Assembly (NCBI GenBank): GCA_034530615.2
Contig: JAVRCV020000043.1
Location: 32,001-96,000 of the forward strand
DNA from: Aulosira sp. ZfuVER01
GTDB lineage: Bacteria > Cyanobacteriota > Cyanobacteriia > Cyanobacteriales > Nostocaceae
Direction: 5' to 3'
Length of the DNA: 64,000 bases
Part shown: in pieces, positions 1 through 9,332 of the stretch
Position numbering within the stretch: position 1 is the stretch's first letter
How the letters are laid out: each line of letters begins with the position of its first letter
The notes under the pieces: generated by a model
Told to the model about the DNA's origin: nothing
The model's input: the letters and a program-made list of their open reading frames with translations, nothing else
The model's database searches: none
Made by a program: the position numbers and the translations under genes

Positions 1-2
1 GA

Positions 3-437
3 GTAGATGTAGTTCAACAAGACCGTAATGTTATAAGTGCTGCCTTGGCACGACTAATTGATTATAAAACATTTGATCTAACTCGCGGTTGTTTGGTGCG
101 TTCAAAAACAATTAGTTCAAAGGCAACATTAGCTAGAAATCATTTGAGAAAACTTTTGCAAGAACAAGGTGGAGAGTGGGTAGGCTTGCAAAGCCAACAT
201 ATTAAACCTCTGTTAGCTATCTATTGTGTTTGGTATAACAGTGAGAGCTATGAACTGACGGAAGAACAGATATTTGACTTTATTGAGCAGAAACAGCTAG
301 CAATAAATAATCCTTTAATTCGAGAAATTATCAGCGATCCTTCTGGGCAAGAACCTGACAATTTAACTGATGATGACTTACCTATGAGAATTCCTCAGAG
401 TGTTGCTACTACCGATAATGTCGAACTAACACTATAG
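3..437 (+). CDS. C-terminal part of a hypothetical protein (5' end outside window), 10 bp upstream of the putative nuclease
   Basis: Frame is open from position 3 (VDVVQQDRNVISAALARL...) to the stop at 437; no diagnostic motif visible. Confidence 0.75.
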   Translation, partial: VDVVQQDRNVISAALARLIDYKTFDLTRGCLVRSKTISSKATLARNHLRKLLQEQGGEWVGLQSQHIKPLLAIYCVWYNSESYELTEEQIFDFIEQKQLAINNPLIREIISDPSGQEPDNLTDDDLPMRIPQSVATTDNVELTL

Positions 438-447
438 CTAAATAGAA

Positions 448-1917
448 ATGAATCAGCTGTTTTCACTACCAACAGCGCTGTGTTTACCCGTCCCTGATAT
501 TGAAGCATTAATACAGGGGCGAACAATTGCAGCTTTACCTAGAATGTTTCTTCGTCCTGGGCAAAAATTTGCACTTTATCCCCTGGATACTTCAGCAAAT
601 TCGCTTTCAATTGAGCAATACTACCGCACAAATTTTTTATCTATTGCTCAAACTGCTAACAAACAAGTTAATTCTGAGACAGTTTCAATTAAAGCTTGGG
701 CTAAATGCGAACTTTGCCAAATTCTAGACAAAACTAAACCTTTAGATGTTTTATCTCAATTAACAATATGGAGTCCAGAAGCTTTTGAGGCAATAATACA
801 GAAACAACAGAATATTTTTCTAGCTTACTTGCGAGTTTATAATTTACCTCAGGTATACCAAGTTTCAGCTAATCCCAATATTCAAGACAAAATAGGTAAG
901 TTTGTTAGTTTATCTAATATTTCTGGGTCTGAAGCTAAACCTATATTAAGCGATCGCATCTTCGCCCAACGCAAACGTAAGTTAGAAAAATTAGAACCAT
1001 CACTACATAGTGAATTGGAAGAATTACAGAGTCAAATAACGCAACTATGTAACATCAACCCATCTGCACAACAACTAAATTATGACATCAACAACTTTCT
1101 TGGCTGGAGTAGCGAACATTCAGCAAATCTCATTGATTCAGACTTAGTTTGGATTGAGAAAATTGCGGAGATTGGAAATTCTAGCGAGGGTCATCAATTT
1201 GAAAAATTAGTACGTCGGGGATTACTAAAATTGGGCTTTACAGGTTCAGGTCTTGAGCCAAACTCAACAGGCGGAGCCGGAGGTATGGATTTTTATGCTG
1301 AAGCACCTTACCCGATAGTGGGAGAGTGTAAAGCAACTAAAACTGAGAGAGTATCTGATGGTACACCTGCACAGTTACTAAAAATAGGTATGAACCATCT
1401 AGGTAAAACTCAGTATGATAATTCTCTTAAATTAATTGTAGCGGCTGGAGAACTTAATTTTTACGCTTTGAGAACAGCTACGGAAAATCACATGAATGTA
1501 ATTAGCCCTGAAACTCTACAGAATCTAGTTGAACTACAAGCACAATATAAAAACTCTATTGACTTGTTAGAACTGAAAAAGTGTTTACAACAAGCTCCTT
1601 TCGGTTTAGCTGACGATAAAGTTACCAACTATATAGAGAAAATTAAAAATAATATTAATTTGCGATCGCAGATCATCAAAACAGTGAAAGAACTTTCTGA
1701 ACAGGATAACGAAAGTTCACCAGCTACACATCAGTGTTTTACAGTGACAGAAATTCGCGTGCATTACAATGCAAAGCACAACCCTAAGCACACTGATGAG
1801 ACAGTTCGAGAGTTAGTTATTGAACTATCATCACCCTTAACAGGCTATTTAGGACGAGAAAGGGGAAGTGATTGGAAAAGCGATCGCTTTTACTACCTAC
1901 GCGATTTACCCCTTTAG
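448..1917 (+). CDS. DUF1802 (ASCH/PUA-like) N-terminal domain fused to Mrr-like PD-(D/E)xK nuclease and C-terminal winged-helix-like domain
   Basis: N-term ALCLPVPDIEALIQGRTI...F.LYP...I.AWAKC...LRVY pattern; nuclease core FEKLV..GLLKLGF...GGAGGMDF...VGECKA. Confidence 0.7.
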   Translation: MNQLFSLPTALCLPVPDIEALIQGRTIAALPRMFLRPGQKFALYPLDTSANSLSIEQYYRTNFLSIAQTANKQVNSETVSIKAWAKCELCQILDKTKPLDVLSQLTIWSPEAFEAIIQKQQNIFLAYLRVYNLPQVYQVSANPNIQDKIGKFVSLSNISGSEAKPILSDRIFAQRKRKLEKLEPSLHSELEELQSQITQLCNINPSAQQLNYDINNFLGWSSEHSANLIDSDLVWIEKIAEIGNSSEGHQFEKLVRRGLLKLGFTGSGLEPNSTGGAGGMDFYAEAPYPIVGECKATKTERVSDGTPAQLLKIGMNHLGKTQYDNSLKLIVAAGELNFYALRTATENHMNVISPETLQNLVELQAQYKNSIDLLELKKCLQQAPFGLADDKVTNYIEKIKNNINLRSQIIKTVKELSEQDNESSPATHQCFTVTEIRVHYNAKHNPKHTDETVRELVIELSSPLTGYLGRERGSDWKSDRFYYLRDLPL

Positions 1918-1929
1918 TTCTCTTACCTT

Positions 1930-1957
1930 CGCGTACTTTCGTGTAAAAAGTACGCTC
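1930..1957. terminator. Hairpin between convergent genes
   Basis: GCGTACTTT...AAAGTACGC inverted repeat. Confidence 0.5.
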
Positions 1958-1959
1958 GT

Positions 1960-2322
1960 TTATCCTAGCGTCAATATTCCAACCTGATAATTAACCACCA
2001 ACGGTAAAATCTTTAACCACTCTGAACCTAACAATACCTCTGTAATTTCATCCCCTGCATAAACAGGAATTTGATACTCCTGTCCATCCAAGAGGATCGT
2101 ACCCGAATAAATTAAAAATTTTGTTTCTCCCTGTGCAGTTCGCAAACGTTCTTTACCAACGTAAAGCCAATTTAGATCGTTTATGTCTTGTTTATTCATA
2201 GCTACAAAGCCTGTAAAACCAGTATCTAACATGACATCTACAGGCAGATTTAGCCGATCATTAGTAATCAAATCTATTTCAAAAAATAGCTGCCCCTCAC
2301 TACCAAAAATACCCTGAATCAT
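1960..2322 (-). CDS. Clan AA (retropepsin-like) aspartyl protease
   Basis: LDTGFTG catalytic motif and C-terminal LLG motif, 120 aa. Confidence 0.85.
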   Translation of the reverse strand: MIQGIFGSEGQLFFEIDLITNDRLNLPVDVMLDTGFTGFVAMNKQDINDLNWLYVGKERLRTAQGETKFLIYSGTILLDGQEYQIPVYAGDEITEVLLGSEWLKILPLVVNYQVGILTLG

Positions 2323-2636
2323 ATTCTGCCAGTAGTACCTGTTTCATTCAGACAATATACAAAATGGTCTTTATTAGGGTATTTCTCAAGAACTTTTTTG
2401 TGAGCTTGCATTCTATCTGCATCAATAAAGTAATCACCACTATCAGGCTCTACGCCAACATACCAACCATAGTGTTCTTGAATCAAATCGGGACGTACAC
2501 GCTCAAAAATTGCCCAACAACGCCGATCAAATGCTTCATCTTCAGCTTTACATCTAGCAAGTTCTTCTGGCGATAAAGTTCGTTCTGGAAAAATGCGCCC
2601 TCTACGTGCAGGTTGTTTTGGTGTTGATTGCATCAC
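2319..2636 (-). CDS. Small DUF5678-like partner protein of the aspartyl protease
   Basis: LIQEHYGWYVGVEPDSGDYFID motif; 4-bp overlap with the protease gene. Confidence 0.7.
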   Translation of the reverse strand: MMQSTPKQPARRGRIFPERTLSPEELARCKAEDEAFDRRCWAIFERVRPDLIQEHYGWYVGVEPDSGDYFIDADRMQAHKKVLEKYPNKDHFVYCLNETGTTGRI

Positions 2637-2747
2637 ACTCTTAACCTCAATTCTGACTACTGCTTTTAATTCATTTTACAACTATCAAATTCTTTAACAT
2701 ATTTCCAGACATACAGACATGAACACAAGTTTTCACACAAATGAGGT

Positions 2748-2846
2748 GCGTAGACGTAGCCAGTCTTAGACATCGCTTTTACTACCTACGTAGCTTCCCT
2801 CTATGTGTTTTAAAAATGCGTAGGCGTAGCCCGTCGTAGACATCGC
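2748..2846. repeat. Two 21-nt SDR5-type insertions inside HIP1 sites (2751-2771 and 2821-2841)
   Basis: GCG+TAGACGTAGCCAGTCTTAGAC+ATCGC and GCG+TAGGCGTAGCCCGTCGTAGAC+ATCGC; each insert is exactly 21 nt and splits GCG^ATCGC. Confidence 0.85.
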
Positions 2847-2962
2847 ACTTTGCTTAAATTAAGTTAACAGAGACATAAATGCGATCGCCCCATCACCCCG
2901 CATCCTCTATTAGCTGAACTCCTGGTAAACTAACCAGACTCACACGCTTCAGCAATTCATTT

Positions 2963-3778
2963 ATGACTAAAAAATTAGCATTTCTCACCATACATGGTAT
3001 GGGAGAAACAGATAAGGAGTATTACCAAATTCTCAAACAATCTCTAGAAAAACCTTTAGGTAAAGATATTTGGGCTAAAGTTCACTTTGAGCCAATTCAC
3101 TATCAATCAGATCTGCAAGATTACCAATATAGCGTTTGGGAAAAGATGCGCCAAAGTGCCCCTTTATCTTGGCAAGATTTGCGAAAATTTATGCTGTTTG
3201 GGTTTAGCGATGTATCTGCATTAGAACATCGTGCAACAGATGACGGTAGTGTTTACAAAAAAATTCAAAAATCTATTATTTATTCTTTAAAAATTGCTAG
3301 AGCAGAATTTTCTAATAATGATGTACCTATCATCATTTTGGCTCATTCCTTAGGTTGCCAAGTTATCTCGAATTATCTTTGGGATACTCAAAAAGATAAA
3401 GGCATTTGGCAGGTAGGTAGCCCAGATTATCCAGAATTTCAGCCAGAACAAGAAGATTTTTTAAAATTAAAATCGTTAAGATATCTCTTTACTACTGGCT
3501 GTAATATTCCGCTATTTATAGCAGGATTTGCAGAAATTGTAGCAATTCCTAAGCCTAATCCTAATTTTAAATGGTTTAACTATTACGACAAAGATGATAT
3601 TTTAGGCTGGCCATTAAAACCGCTATCGCCTTCGTATGATTTAGCAGTAGAGAAGGATATAGAAATTGATTCAGGAAATCTTTGGCAATCATGGAATCCC
3701 CAAAGCCATGATGGTTATTGGGCTGATGAAGACTTTATCGCACATTTAACTCAAATAATTAAGAGTTTTAATGTGTAG
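2963..3778 (+). CDS. Alpha/beta-hydrolase fold protein
   Basis: IHGMG, AHSLG nucleophile elbow, WFNYYDKDDILG, SHDGYW. Confidence 0.75.
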   Translation: MTKKLAFLTIHGMGETDKEYYQILKQSLEKPLGKDIWAKVHFEPIHYQSDLQDYQYSVWEKMRQSAPLSWQDLRKFMLFGFSDVSALEHRATDDGSVYKKIQKSIIYSLKIARAEFSNNDVPIIILAHSLGCQVISNYLWDTQKDKGIWQVGSPDYPEFQPEQEDFLKLKSLRYLFTTGCNIPLFIAGFAEIVAIPKPNPNFKWFNYYDKDDILGWPLKPLSPSYDLAVEKDIEIDSGNLWQSWNPQSHDGYWADEDFIAHLTQIIKSFNV

Positions 3779-3881
3779 TCAACACTGTTGGGTAAATGCA
3801 AACTTTAGATCACGCAGAGCCGCAGAGTCGCAGAGGAGAATGCAAGAGTGTGTTTAAAAATATGAAAACTGCTGTTAAACA

Positions 3882-3933
3882 GTTAAACATCCGAAAAATA
3901 GAAGTTTGAGCTTCTATTCTTAGGATGCTTAAC
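3882..3933. terminator. Long imperfect hairpin between convergent genes
   Basis: GTTAAACATCC..AATAGAAG / CTTCTATT..GGATGCTTAAC. Confidence 0.55.
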
Positions 3934-3999
3934 CATAAAAAATTGTCGCATTGGCAACAATACGGGAAGAGAATCCGATTGATGTTTTAGATGTATCCG

Positions 4000-5586
4000 T
4001 CAGCCGACAGAAACTTTTAAACTGCTAGGTTGTCCCAGATTACCATGCAACACCACACCTCGCTGATTGGCGTGCAAGTGACGCAGAATTATGTAAATTG
4101 CCTCAATTTGTTCTGCTGCGCCTGCTTTTTCGGCAATTTCTTCTAAAGTAAGAGCAGATTTTGCGTTTTGCAGTACTTCAATGACGCTTTTTTGTAAGTC
4201 AAGAATAGCTGCGGCGGCTTTTTTACCAGCTTCTACCCCTGGTTGATGGTAAGCGTTGATGTTGACCAAGCTAGCATACAAGCCAACAGCACGCTCATAC
4301 AAAGCAATTAACGCCCCGACAGTTCGAGCATTAACTTGGGGAATGGTAACTGTGATGGAATCGCGGTGATTTTCGTAAAGTGCTTGGCGAGTTCCTTGCA
4401 GAAAGCCTGAAAGATAATCGCCTGCTGTCACACCAGGATCGATTTCTGGAGATGGACTTTTACGATCTTCTAAAACTTCGATTAAGGTAGCGAAGAAATT
4501 TGGTACACCTTCGCGCAACTGTTGCACATAGGCGTGTTGATCCGTTGAGCCTTTGTTACCGTAAACAGCGATACCTTGATAGACAGTGTTACCATCTAAG
4601 TCTTTTTCTTTCCCCAAGGATTCCATTACCAGCTGTTGCAGATAACGGCTGAACAAAAGCAAGCTGTCCTTGTAGGGAAGTACAACCATGTCTTTTTCAC
4701 CCTTGCCATTACCAGAAAAATACCAAGATAAGGCAAGTAGAGCCGCTGGGTTATTTTTCACGTCAGCTACACGGGTGGCGTCATCCATTTCTTTAGCACC
4801 CTCTAGCATGGCGCGAATATCTATGCCTTGCAATGCGGCGGGTACTAAGCCAACTGTAGACATTTCTGAGGTGCGTCCTCCCACCCAGTCATACATGGGG
4901 AATCTAGCCAGCCAGCCTTCAGCCTTTGCGACTTTATCTAGATTACTATCTACGCTAGTAATCGCTACAGCATATTGGGCAAATTCTAAATTTTGCCCAG
5001 CATAGGCTTTTTTGACTTCAATCATGCCATTGCGCGGTTCAGGTGTTCCCCCAGATTTCGAGATCACCAAAACTAAAGTGCTAGCAAGGCTATTACGCAA
5101 GTGAGTGAGAATGCGATCGATCCCCGCCGGATCGGTATTGTCGATAAAGTGAATTTTTAGCGGTGGGAAATCAGGGGAAAGGGCTTCAGCGACAAATTCT
5201 GGGCCGAGTGCAGAGCCGCCAATACCAATAGAGATAATATCGGTGAAGCGTTGAGCTCGAGGAGGATGAATAGCACCTGTTTGGATTTTTTCCGCAAAGG
5301 CTTCGATTTGTTCTAAGGTTTGGACAATTTCTTGCGTCAGTTCTGGAGTAGGTGCTAAATCAGGATTTCGCAGCCAGTAATGTCCAACCATGCGATTTTC
5401 GTCCGGATTCGCGATCGCACCTTTCTCCAGTGCAGCCATATCCGCAAACGCCTTATCAAACTTCGGCCGCAACGATTCCACAAAGGTATCATCAAACCGC
5501 ATCCGACTTACATCTAAGTACAGTCCTAATCCCTCGTGGAAATATAACCAGTTCTGGTATCGTTGCCAAAGTGCCCTAGCATCCAT
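4000..5586 (-). CDS. pgi: Glucose-6-phosphate isomerase
   Basis: [41 protein letters not shown] motifs. Confidence 0.97.
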   Translation of the reverse strand: MDARALWQRYQNWLYFHEGLGLYLDVSRMRFDDTFVESLRPKFDKAFADMAALEKGAIANPDENRMVGHYWLRNPDLAPTPELTQEIVQTLEQIEAFAEKIQTGAIHPPRAQRFTDIISIGIGGSALGPEFVAEALSPDFPPLKIHFIDNTDPAGIDRILTHLRNSLASTLVLVISKSGGTPEPRNGMIEVKKAYAGQNLEFAQYAVAITSVDSNLDKVAKAEGWLARFPMYDWVGGRTSEMSTVGLVPAALQGIDIRAMLEGAKEMDDATRVADVKNNPAALLALSWYFSGNGKGEKDMVVLPYKDSLLLFSRYLQQLVMESLGKEKDLDGNTVYQGIAVYGNKGSTDQHAYVQQLREGVPNFFATLIEVLEDRKSPSPEIDPGVTAGDYLSGFLQGTRQALYENHRDSITVTIPQVNARTVGALIALYERAVGLYASLVNINAYHQPGVEAGKKAAAAILDLQKSVIEVLQNAKSALTLEEIAEKAGAAEQIEAIYIILRHLHANQRGVVLHGNLGQPSSLKVSVG

Positions 5587-5691
5587 AGGGAAATCTCAAG
5601 TAAAGTGTTTTTCAAAAACCAGTTTAATGTAAGGTTATAGCGATCCCTGCTTTGCCTTATACAGTTTTAAGTGTTGACTTAACTTATGCCC

Positions 5692-5949
5692 TTAAGCATC
5701 TGGCATAGGTATGACACGCAAAAACTTAACAATTTCACCTCTGACTTCTATCCCAATTAAATAATTATCTATCGTAAAGCGATGAAATATACCCTCATCA
5801 TCCAGTTGCCGCAGTTCTGGAACAGAACGCATTTGCCAGTGGTGAGGGAACTCAGTAAAGACAAAATCATACACCTGCTCATAGGCAGATGGTTCTAAAT
5901 TCTTCAGATCTAATAAAAAAGACCTGGCATAGCGCACTTCTACAATCAC
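5692..5949 (-). CDS. RelE/ParE-superfamily toxin-like protein
   Basis: 85 aa; V.Y..SF..DLK.L...HRFTIDNYLIG.EV pattern. Confidence 0.65.
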   Translation of the reverse strand: MIVEVRYARSFLLDLKNLEPSAYEQVYDFVFTEFPHHWQMRSVPELRQLDDEGIFHRFTIDNYLIGIEVRGEIVKFLRVIPMPDA

Positions 5950-5959
5950 TAGGAGTCAC

Positions 5960-6157
5960 TCAGAAAAACATTAACAGTCGAATTGCTTCTTCTTGGGTTA
6001 AGATGTCCCACGGTTGCTGCGATCGCTTGACTTGTTCTATCGCTTTTAGCATATAAAAGTCACAATGCAGGTTGTGGACTACATCCCATGTGCTTTGCAG
6101 ATCTTCATCGTCTAACTGCTCGATTAAGTGATGGATTCTCGTTCGTAGTAAATTCAT
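5960..6157 (-). CDS. Small antitoxin-like protein
   Basis: 65 aa, 10 bp upstream of the RelE-like gene; ends LTQEEAIRLL. Confidence 0.6.
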   Translation of the reverse strand: MNLLRTRIHHLIEQLDDEDLQSTWDVVHNLHCDFYMLKAIEQVKRSQQPWDILTQEEAIRLLMFF

Positions 6158-6410
6158 ATAGCACTCCTATTTGATTGTGAACTTACTCGTAGAGGCAGGG
6201 AATAGGGAACAGGGAACAAGAAATAAGGCAGGTAGAGGTTTACAGAATTTTGTTACAAATCAAACCAGATTCTCATCTATTCAGTTATTACCCCTAACCC
6301 AACCATAGTATGCCCATAAATTTGGCAATGGTTAACCCTAATACAACACGATCCTTTACACTACAATCTATTCACTCAGCATGGAGGATGAAGAGAACAA
6401 GGAGGAGAAA

Positions 6411-6446
6411 TGCCCCATGCCCCATGCCCCATGCCCCATGCCCATG
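6411..6446. repeat. STRR heptamer tandem repeat (TGCCCCA)n
   Basis: tgccccatgccccatgccccatgccccatgcccatg. Confidence 0.9.
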
Positions 6447-6457
6447 ACTAAATCTAT

Positions 6458-7591
6458 ATGTTTGAATATTTAATCTTCTTAGCAATTTCTACAGCCACTT
6501 TTGCCCTGTTCGGTTTGGGACTGAACTTGCAGTGGGGCTTTACGGGTTTAATTAACTTTGGTCATATTGCTTTTATGACCTTGGGAGCATACACAACAGT
6601 ATTATTAAGCTTTAAAGGCGTTCCTTTACTTGTTTCGGCAATTATTGGAGCAATTGTCGCCGCTTTGTTGGGTTTGGTAATTGGTTTCGCAACTCTGCGC
6701 TTGCGAGAAGATTATCTCGGAATTGTCACCATCGGCGTGGGAGAACTAATTCGGTTGGTGGTGAATAATCAGGATTTACCTGTGGGTGATACTTGGACAT
6801 CTGGGGCGTTTGGCGTTCAAAGTTACTCGATACCTCTATCCACAACGCCCAATTTATTTTTTAGATTTTTAATGATGGGGCTGCTGACGCTGCTGTTGGC
6901 TGTGACTGTGTTTTCGTTGTGGCGATGGATTAGCAGTACTAGAGTATCTGGCGTTACAGAAACATTGACGAGAAAAACCAGCAAACAAGAATTCGCATCT
7001 CGTTTGGGAGTAGGGATTGTCTTAGGGCTGTTGGCAATCACAGTTTACATTTCTGGGATTATCACCCTGTATAACTACATACCCAAGGCAGGTTTAATGC
7101 TGGTATCGCTGTTAGTATTAGCATTAGTATTCTGGCGCTTGGAAATGTTAGTGCGATCGCCTTGGGGTCGAGTTCTTAAAGCTATCCGCGAAGATGAGGA
7201 AATTCCCAAAGCGCTGGGAAAAAATGTCTTTTGGTATAAATTACAATCCCTGATGTTAGGTGGTGCGATCGCGGGGATTGCTGGTGCTTTCTTTGCTTGG
7301 CAACTCAGTGCGATTTATCCTGATAATTTCCAACCACAGCTAACTTTTGACGCTTGGATTATGGTAATTCTCGGCGGTTCTGGGAATAATATCGGCACGA
7401 TTTTGGGGGCGATAATTTACTTTGCTTATGATGCTTTAACTCGTGAATTCTTGCCGAGAATCATTCCCCTTGATGAAGCACGTCTGGGTGCATTTCGCAT
7501 CATGGTTATCGGTTTAATTTTGATGGTACTGATGATTTGGCGTCCGCAAGGTATCTTAGGGAAAAAGGAGGAACTTACCCTTGGTAAATAA
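6458..7591 (+). CDS. natC: Neutral/branched-chain amino acid ABC transporter permease (LivM-type)
   Basis: GLNLQWGFTGLINFGH, LRLREDYL, SPWGRVLKAIREDE. Confidence 0.88.
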   Translation: MFEYLIFLAISTATFALFGLGLNLQWGFTGLINFGHIAFMTLGAYTTVLLSFKGVPLLVSAIIGAIVAALLGLVIGFATLRLREDYLGIVTIGVGELIRLVVNNQDLPVGDTWTSGAFGVQSYSIPLSTTPNLFFRFLMMGLLTLLLAVTVFSLWRWISSTRVSGVTETLTRKTSKQEFASRLGVGIVLGLLAITVYISGIITLYNYIPKAGLMLVSLLVLALVFWRLEMLVRSPWGRVLKAIREDEEIPKALGKNVFWYKLQSLMLGGAIAGIAGAFFAWQLSAIYPDNFQPQLTFDAWIMVILGGSGNNIGTILGAIIYFAYDALTREFLPRIIPLDEARLGAFRIMVIGLILMVLMIWRPQGILGKKEELTLGK

Positions 7592-8363
7592 CCAGTCACC
7601 CCAACTTCCCCTACTGGCGGCCACTGGGCTTTCTAAAAGCTTTGGTGGCATCAAAGCCGTCAATGACGCCAATATAGAAGTAGCTAAAGGCAGCATTACA
7701 GGCTTGATTGGCCCTAATGGTGCTGGCAAAACTACCTTTTTTAACTTACTTTCTAATTTCATCCGCCCAGATAAAGGGCGAGTGATTTTTGACGGCGAAC
7801 CCATTCACCACCTGCAACCATACCAAATCGCCCAGCAAGGAATAGTTCGCACTTTTCAAGTAGCCCGGACTCTCTCGCGGTTGTCGGTGTTAGAAAATAT
7901 GCTATTGGCAGCGCAAAAACAAACTGGTGAGAATTTTTGGCAGGTGCAGTTACAACCGCACGTTGTGGCGAAAGAAGAAAAGCAACTAACAGAACAAGCA
8001 ATGTTTTTGTTAGAGTCGGTGGGGTTAGCAAAAAAAGCCCATGATTATGCTGGGGGTTTGTCTGGTGGACAACGCAAGCTGCTAGAAATGGGACGGGCGT
8101 TGATGACTAATCCCAAGCTGATTTTGTTAGATGAACCAGCCGCCGGGGTGAATCCCAGATTAATTGATGATATTTGCGATCGCATTCTCAACTGGAATCG
8201 CCAAGATGGCATGACTTTTCTGATTATCGAACACAATATGGATGTGATTATGTCTTTGTGCGATCGGGTTTGGGTACTTGCTGAAGGAAAAAATCTCGCC
8301 GACGGTACACCCGCAGAAATTCAAACTAATCCCAAAGTTTTGGAAGCTTATTTAGGAACATAA
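7581..8363 (+). CDS. natA: Amino acid ABC transporter ATP-binding subunit (LivG-type)
   Basis: GPNGAGKT Walker A, LSGGQ, LLDEP, IEHNM. Confidence 0.88.
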   Translation: MVNNQSPQLPLLAATGLSKSFGGIKAVNDANIEVAKGSITGLIGPNGAGKTTFFNLLSNFIRPDKGRVIFDGEPIHHLQPYQIAQQGIVRTFQVARTLSRLSVLENMLLAAQKQTGENFWQVQLQPHVVAKEEKQLTEQAMFLLESVGLAKKAHDYAGGLSGGQRKLLEMGRALMTNPKLILLDEPAAGVNPRLIDDICDRILNWNRQDGMTFLIIEHNMDVIMSLCDRVWVLAEGKNLADGTPAEIQTNPKVLEAYLGT

Positions 8364-8416
8364 TGGGGCATGGGGAATGGGGCATGGGGAATGGGGCATA
8401 GGGCATTGGGCATTGC
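8364..8416. repeat. STRR heptamer tandem repeat (GGGGCAT/GGGCATT)
   Basis: tggggcatggggaatggggcatgggg...gggcattgggcatt. Confidence 0.85.
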
Positions 8417-8426
8417 TATTTTAGTT

Positions 8427-8499
8427 TTGCTACGCCGCAGGCTAACGCACCATCAGAGATTTTCGGTGCCTTAGGACTGATGTCCATAACGCACCCTAC
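8427..8499. repeat. Small dispersed palindromic repeats (GGTGCGTT...AACGCACCCTAC type)
   Basis: gctacgccgcaggctaacgcacc and ggtgccttagg...ccataacgcaccctac; similar units near 10885-10910 and 40037-40115. Confidence 0.65.
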
Positions 8500-8553
8500 T
8501 AGATTCAAGCTAATTTGGATCATGTTTTCCGAGGAGTGTGTACACCGTAGACC

Positions 8554-8673
8554 TCATACCAATTCTTTATGAAAATGTTCGACAATCCAATAATCGTCTT
8601 CGTAAATCACTCCACCAGGAGCTTTAATTTTTCCAGCTAGGACATTACAAGCAAGACACCCATCTACTAACAC
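8554..8673 (-). pseudogene. Truncated HIT-family hydrolase (N-terminus only)
   Basis: Manual translation MLVDGCLACNVLAGKIKAPGGVIYEDDYWIVEH|FHKELV*; starts 4 bp after the ArsR-DUF2087 stop; no HxHxH motif remains. Confidence 0.7.
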
Positions 8674-8677
8674 GCTC

Positions 8678-9247
8678 TCATCTCCTCCAATAAAGCCCAT
8701 TTTCTCGCTGCATTAATTGAGAAGCAATTAACTCCCGTCGCAAAGTAGCGCAATCAGGATGATAACGCTTGAGAATTTCATTTACTGAGCGTTCGTGGTA
8801 CTGAACTTGCTCCTCAAATTTGCTTGCTAGCCACTTGAGAATCACTAGGCGTTTTTTGCGGCTAGCGGGAATTTCCTTGAGGCGTTGGACAGGTTCTTCT
8901 CCCTCTATATAGTTTTGCAATACTCTGTTCGCCCACACATCACTGTCAAAATCCTCCATTAAAGATGCGATTTTCTCAGGTGTGAAAACTTTCTTACTCA
9001 GGTTTTGCAAATTTTCGCTTTCTAACCGATAGAAGTGGGTGTTACCCTCAGGGCGCATACTCACCAAATCTAATTCTTTGAGTTTCATTAGATGATGGGA
9101 TATCGTCGGTTCTTTGAGTTGTAGTAGCACCGCCAATTCCTCAACGCTGCAATCTTGATTAGCCAAAACCCCTACGATTTTTAATCGACTCTCGTCTGCC
9201 AAAGCTTTAAAAAAGTGCAGCAAGAGTTGAAACTGTTCGTTATGCAT
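8678..9247 (-). CDS. ArsR-family HTH regulator with C-terminal DUF2087 (paralog B)
   Basis: FKALADESRLKI, PTISHHL, C-term KKRLVILKWL...Y.E..VN..L...HPD.ATLRREL. Confidence 0.9.
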   Translation of the reverse strand: MHNEQFQLLLHFFKALADESRLKIVGVLANQDCSVEELAVLLQLKEPTISHHLMKLKELDLVSMRPEGNTHFYRLESENLQNLSKKVFTPEKIASLMEDFDSDVWANRVLQNYIEGEEPVQRLKEIPASRKKRLVILKWLASKFEEQVQYHERSVNEILKRYHPDCATLRRELIASQLMQRENGLYWRR

Positions 9248-9251
9248 AACT

Positions 9252-9293
9252 TCTAATTAGACATACATCTAATTAGAAGTATATCTAATAATA
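9252..9293. promoter_or_regulatory. Putative operator array: three 10-bp boxes at 16-bp period
   Basis: TCTAATTAGA (9252), TCTAATTAGA (9268), TCTAATAATA (9284). Confidence 0.7.
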
Positions 9294-9332
9294 TATGTAT
9301 CTGCGCTGACAGCACTATCTGATGAGACGAGA

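Noticed and set aside
2747..2846. Two 30-bp repeats with a 40-bp spacer resembling a mini CRISPR array
   Set aside because: Only two units, no cas genes or leader; fully explained as 21-nt inserts in HIP1 sites
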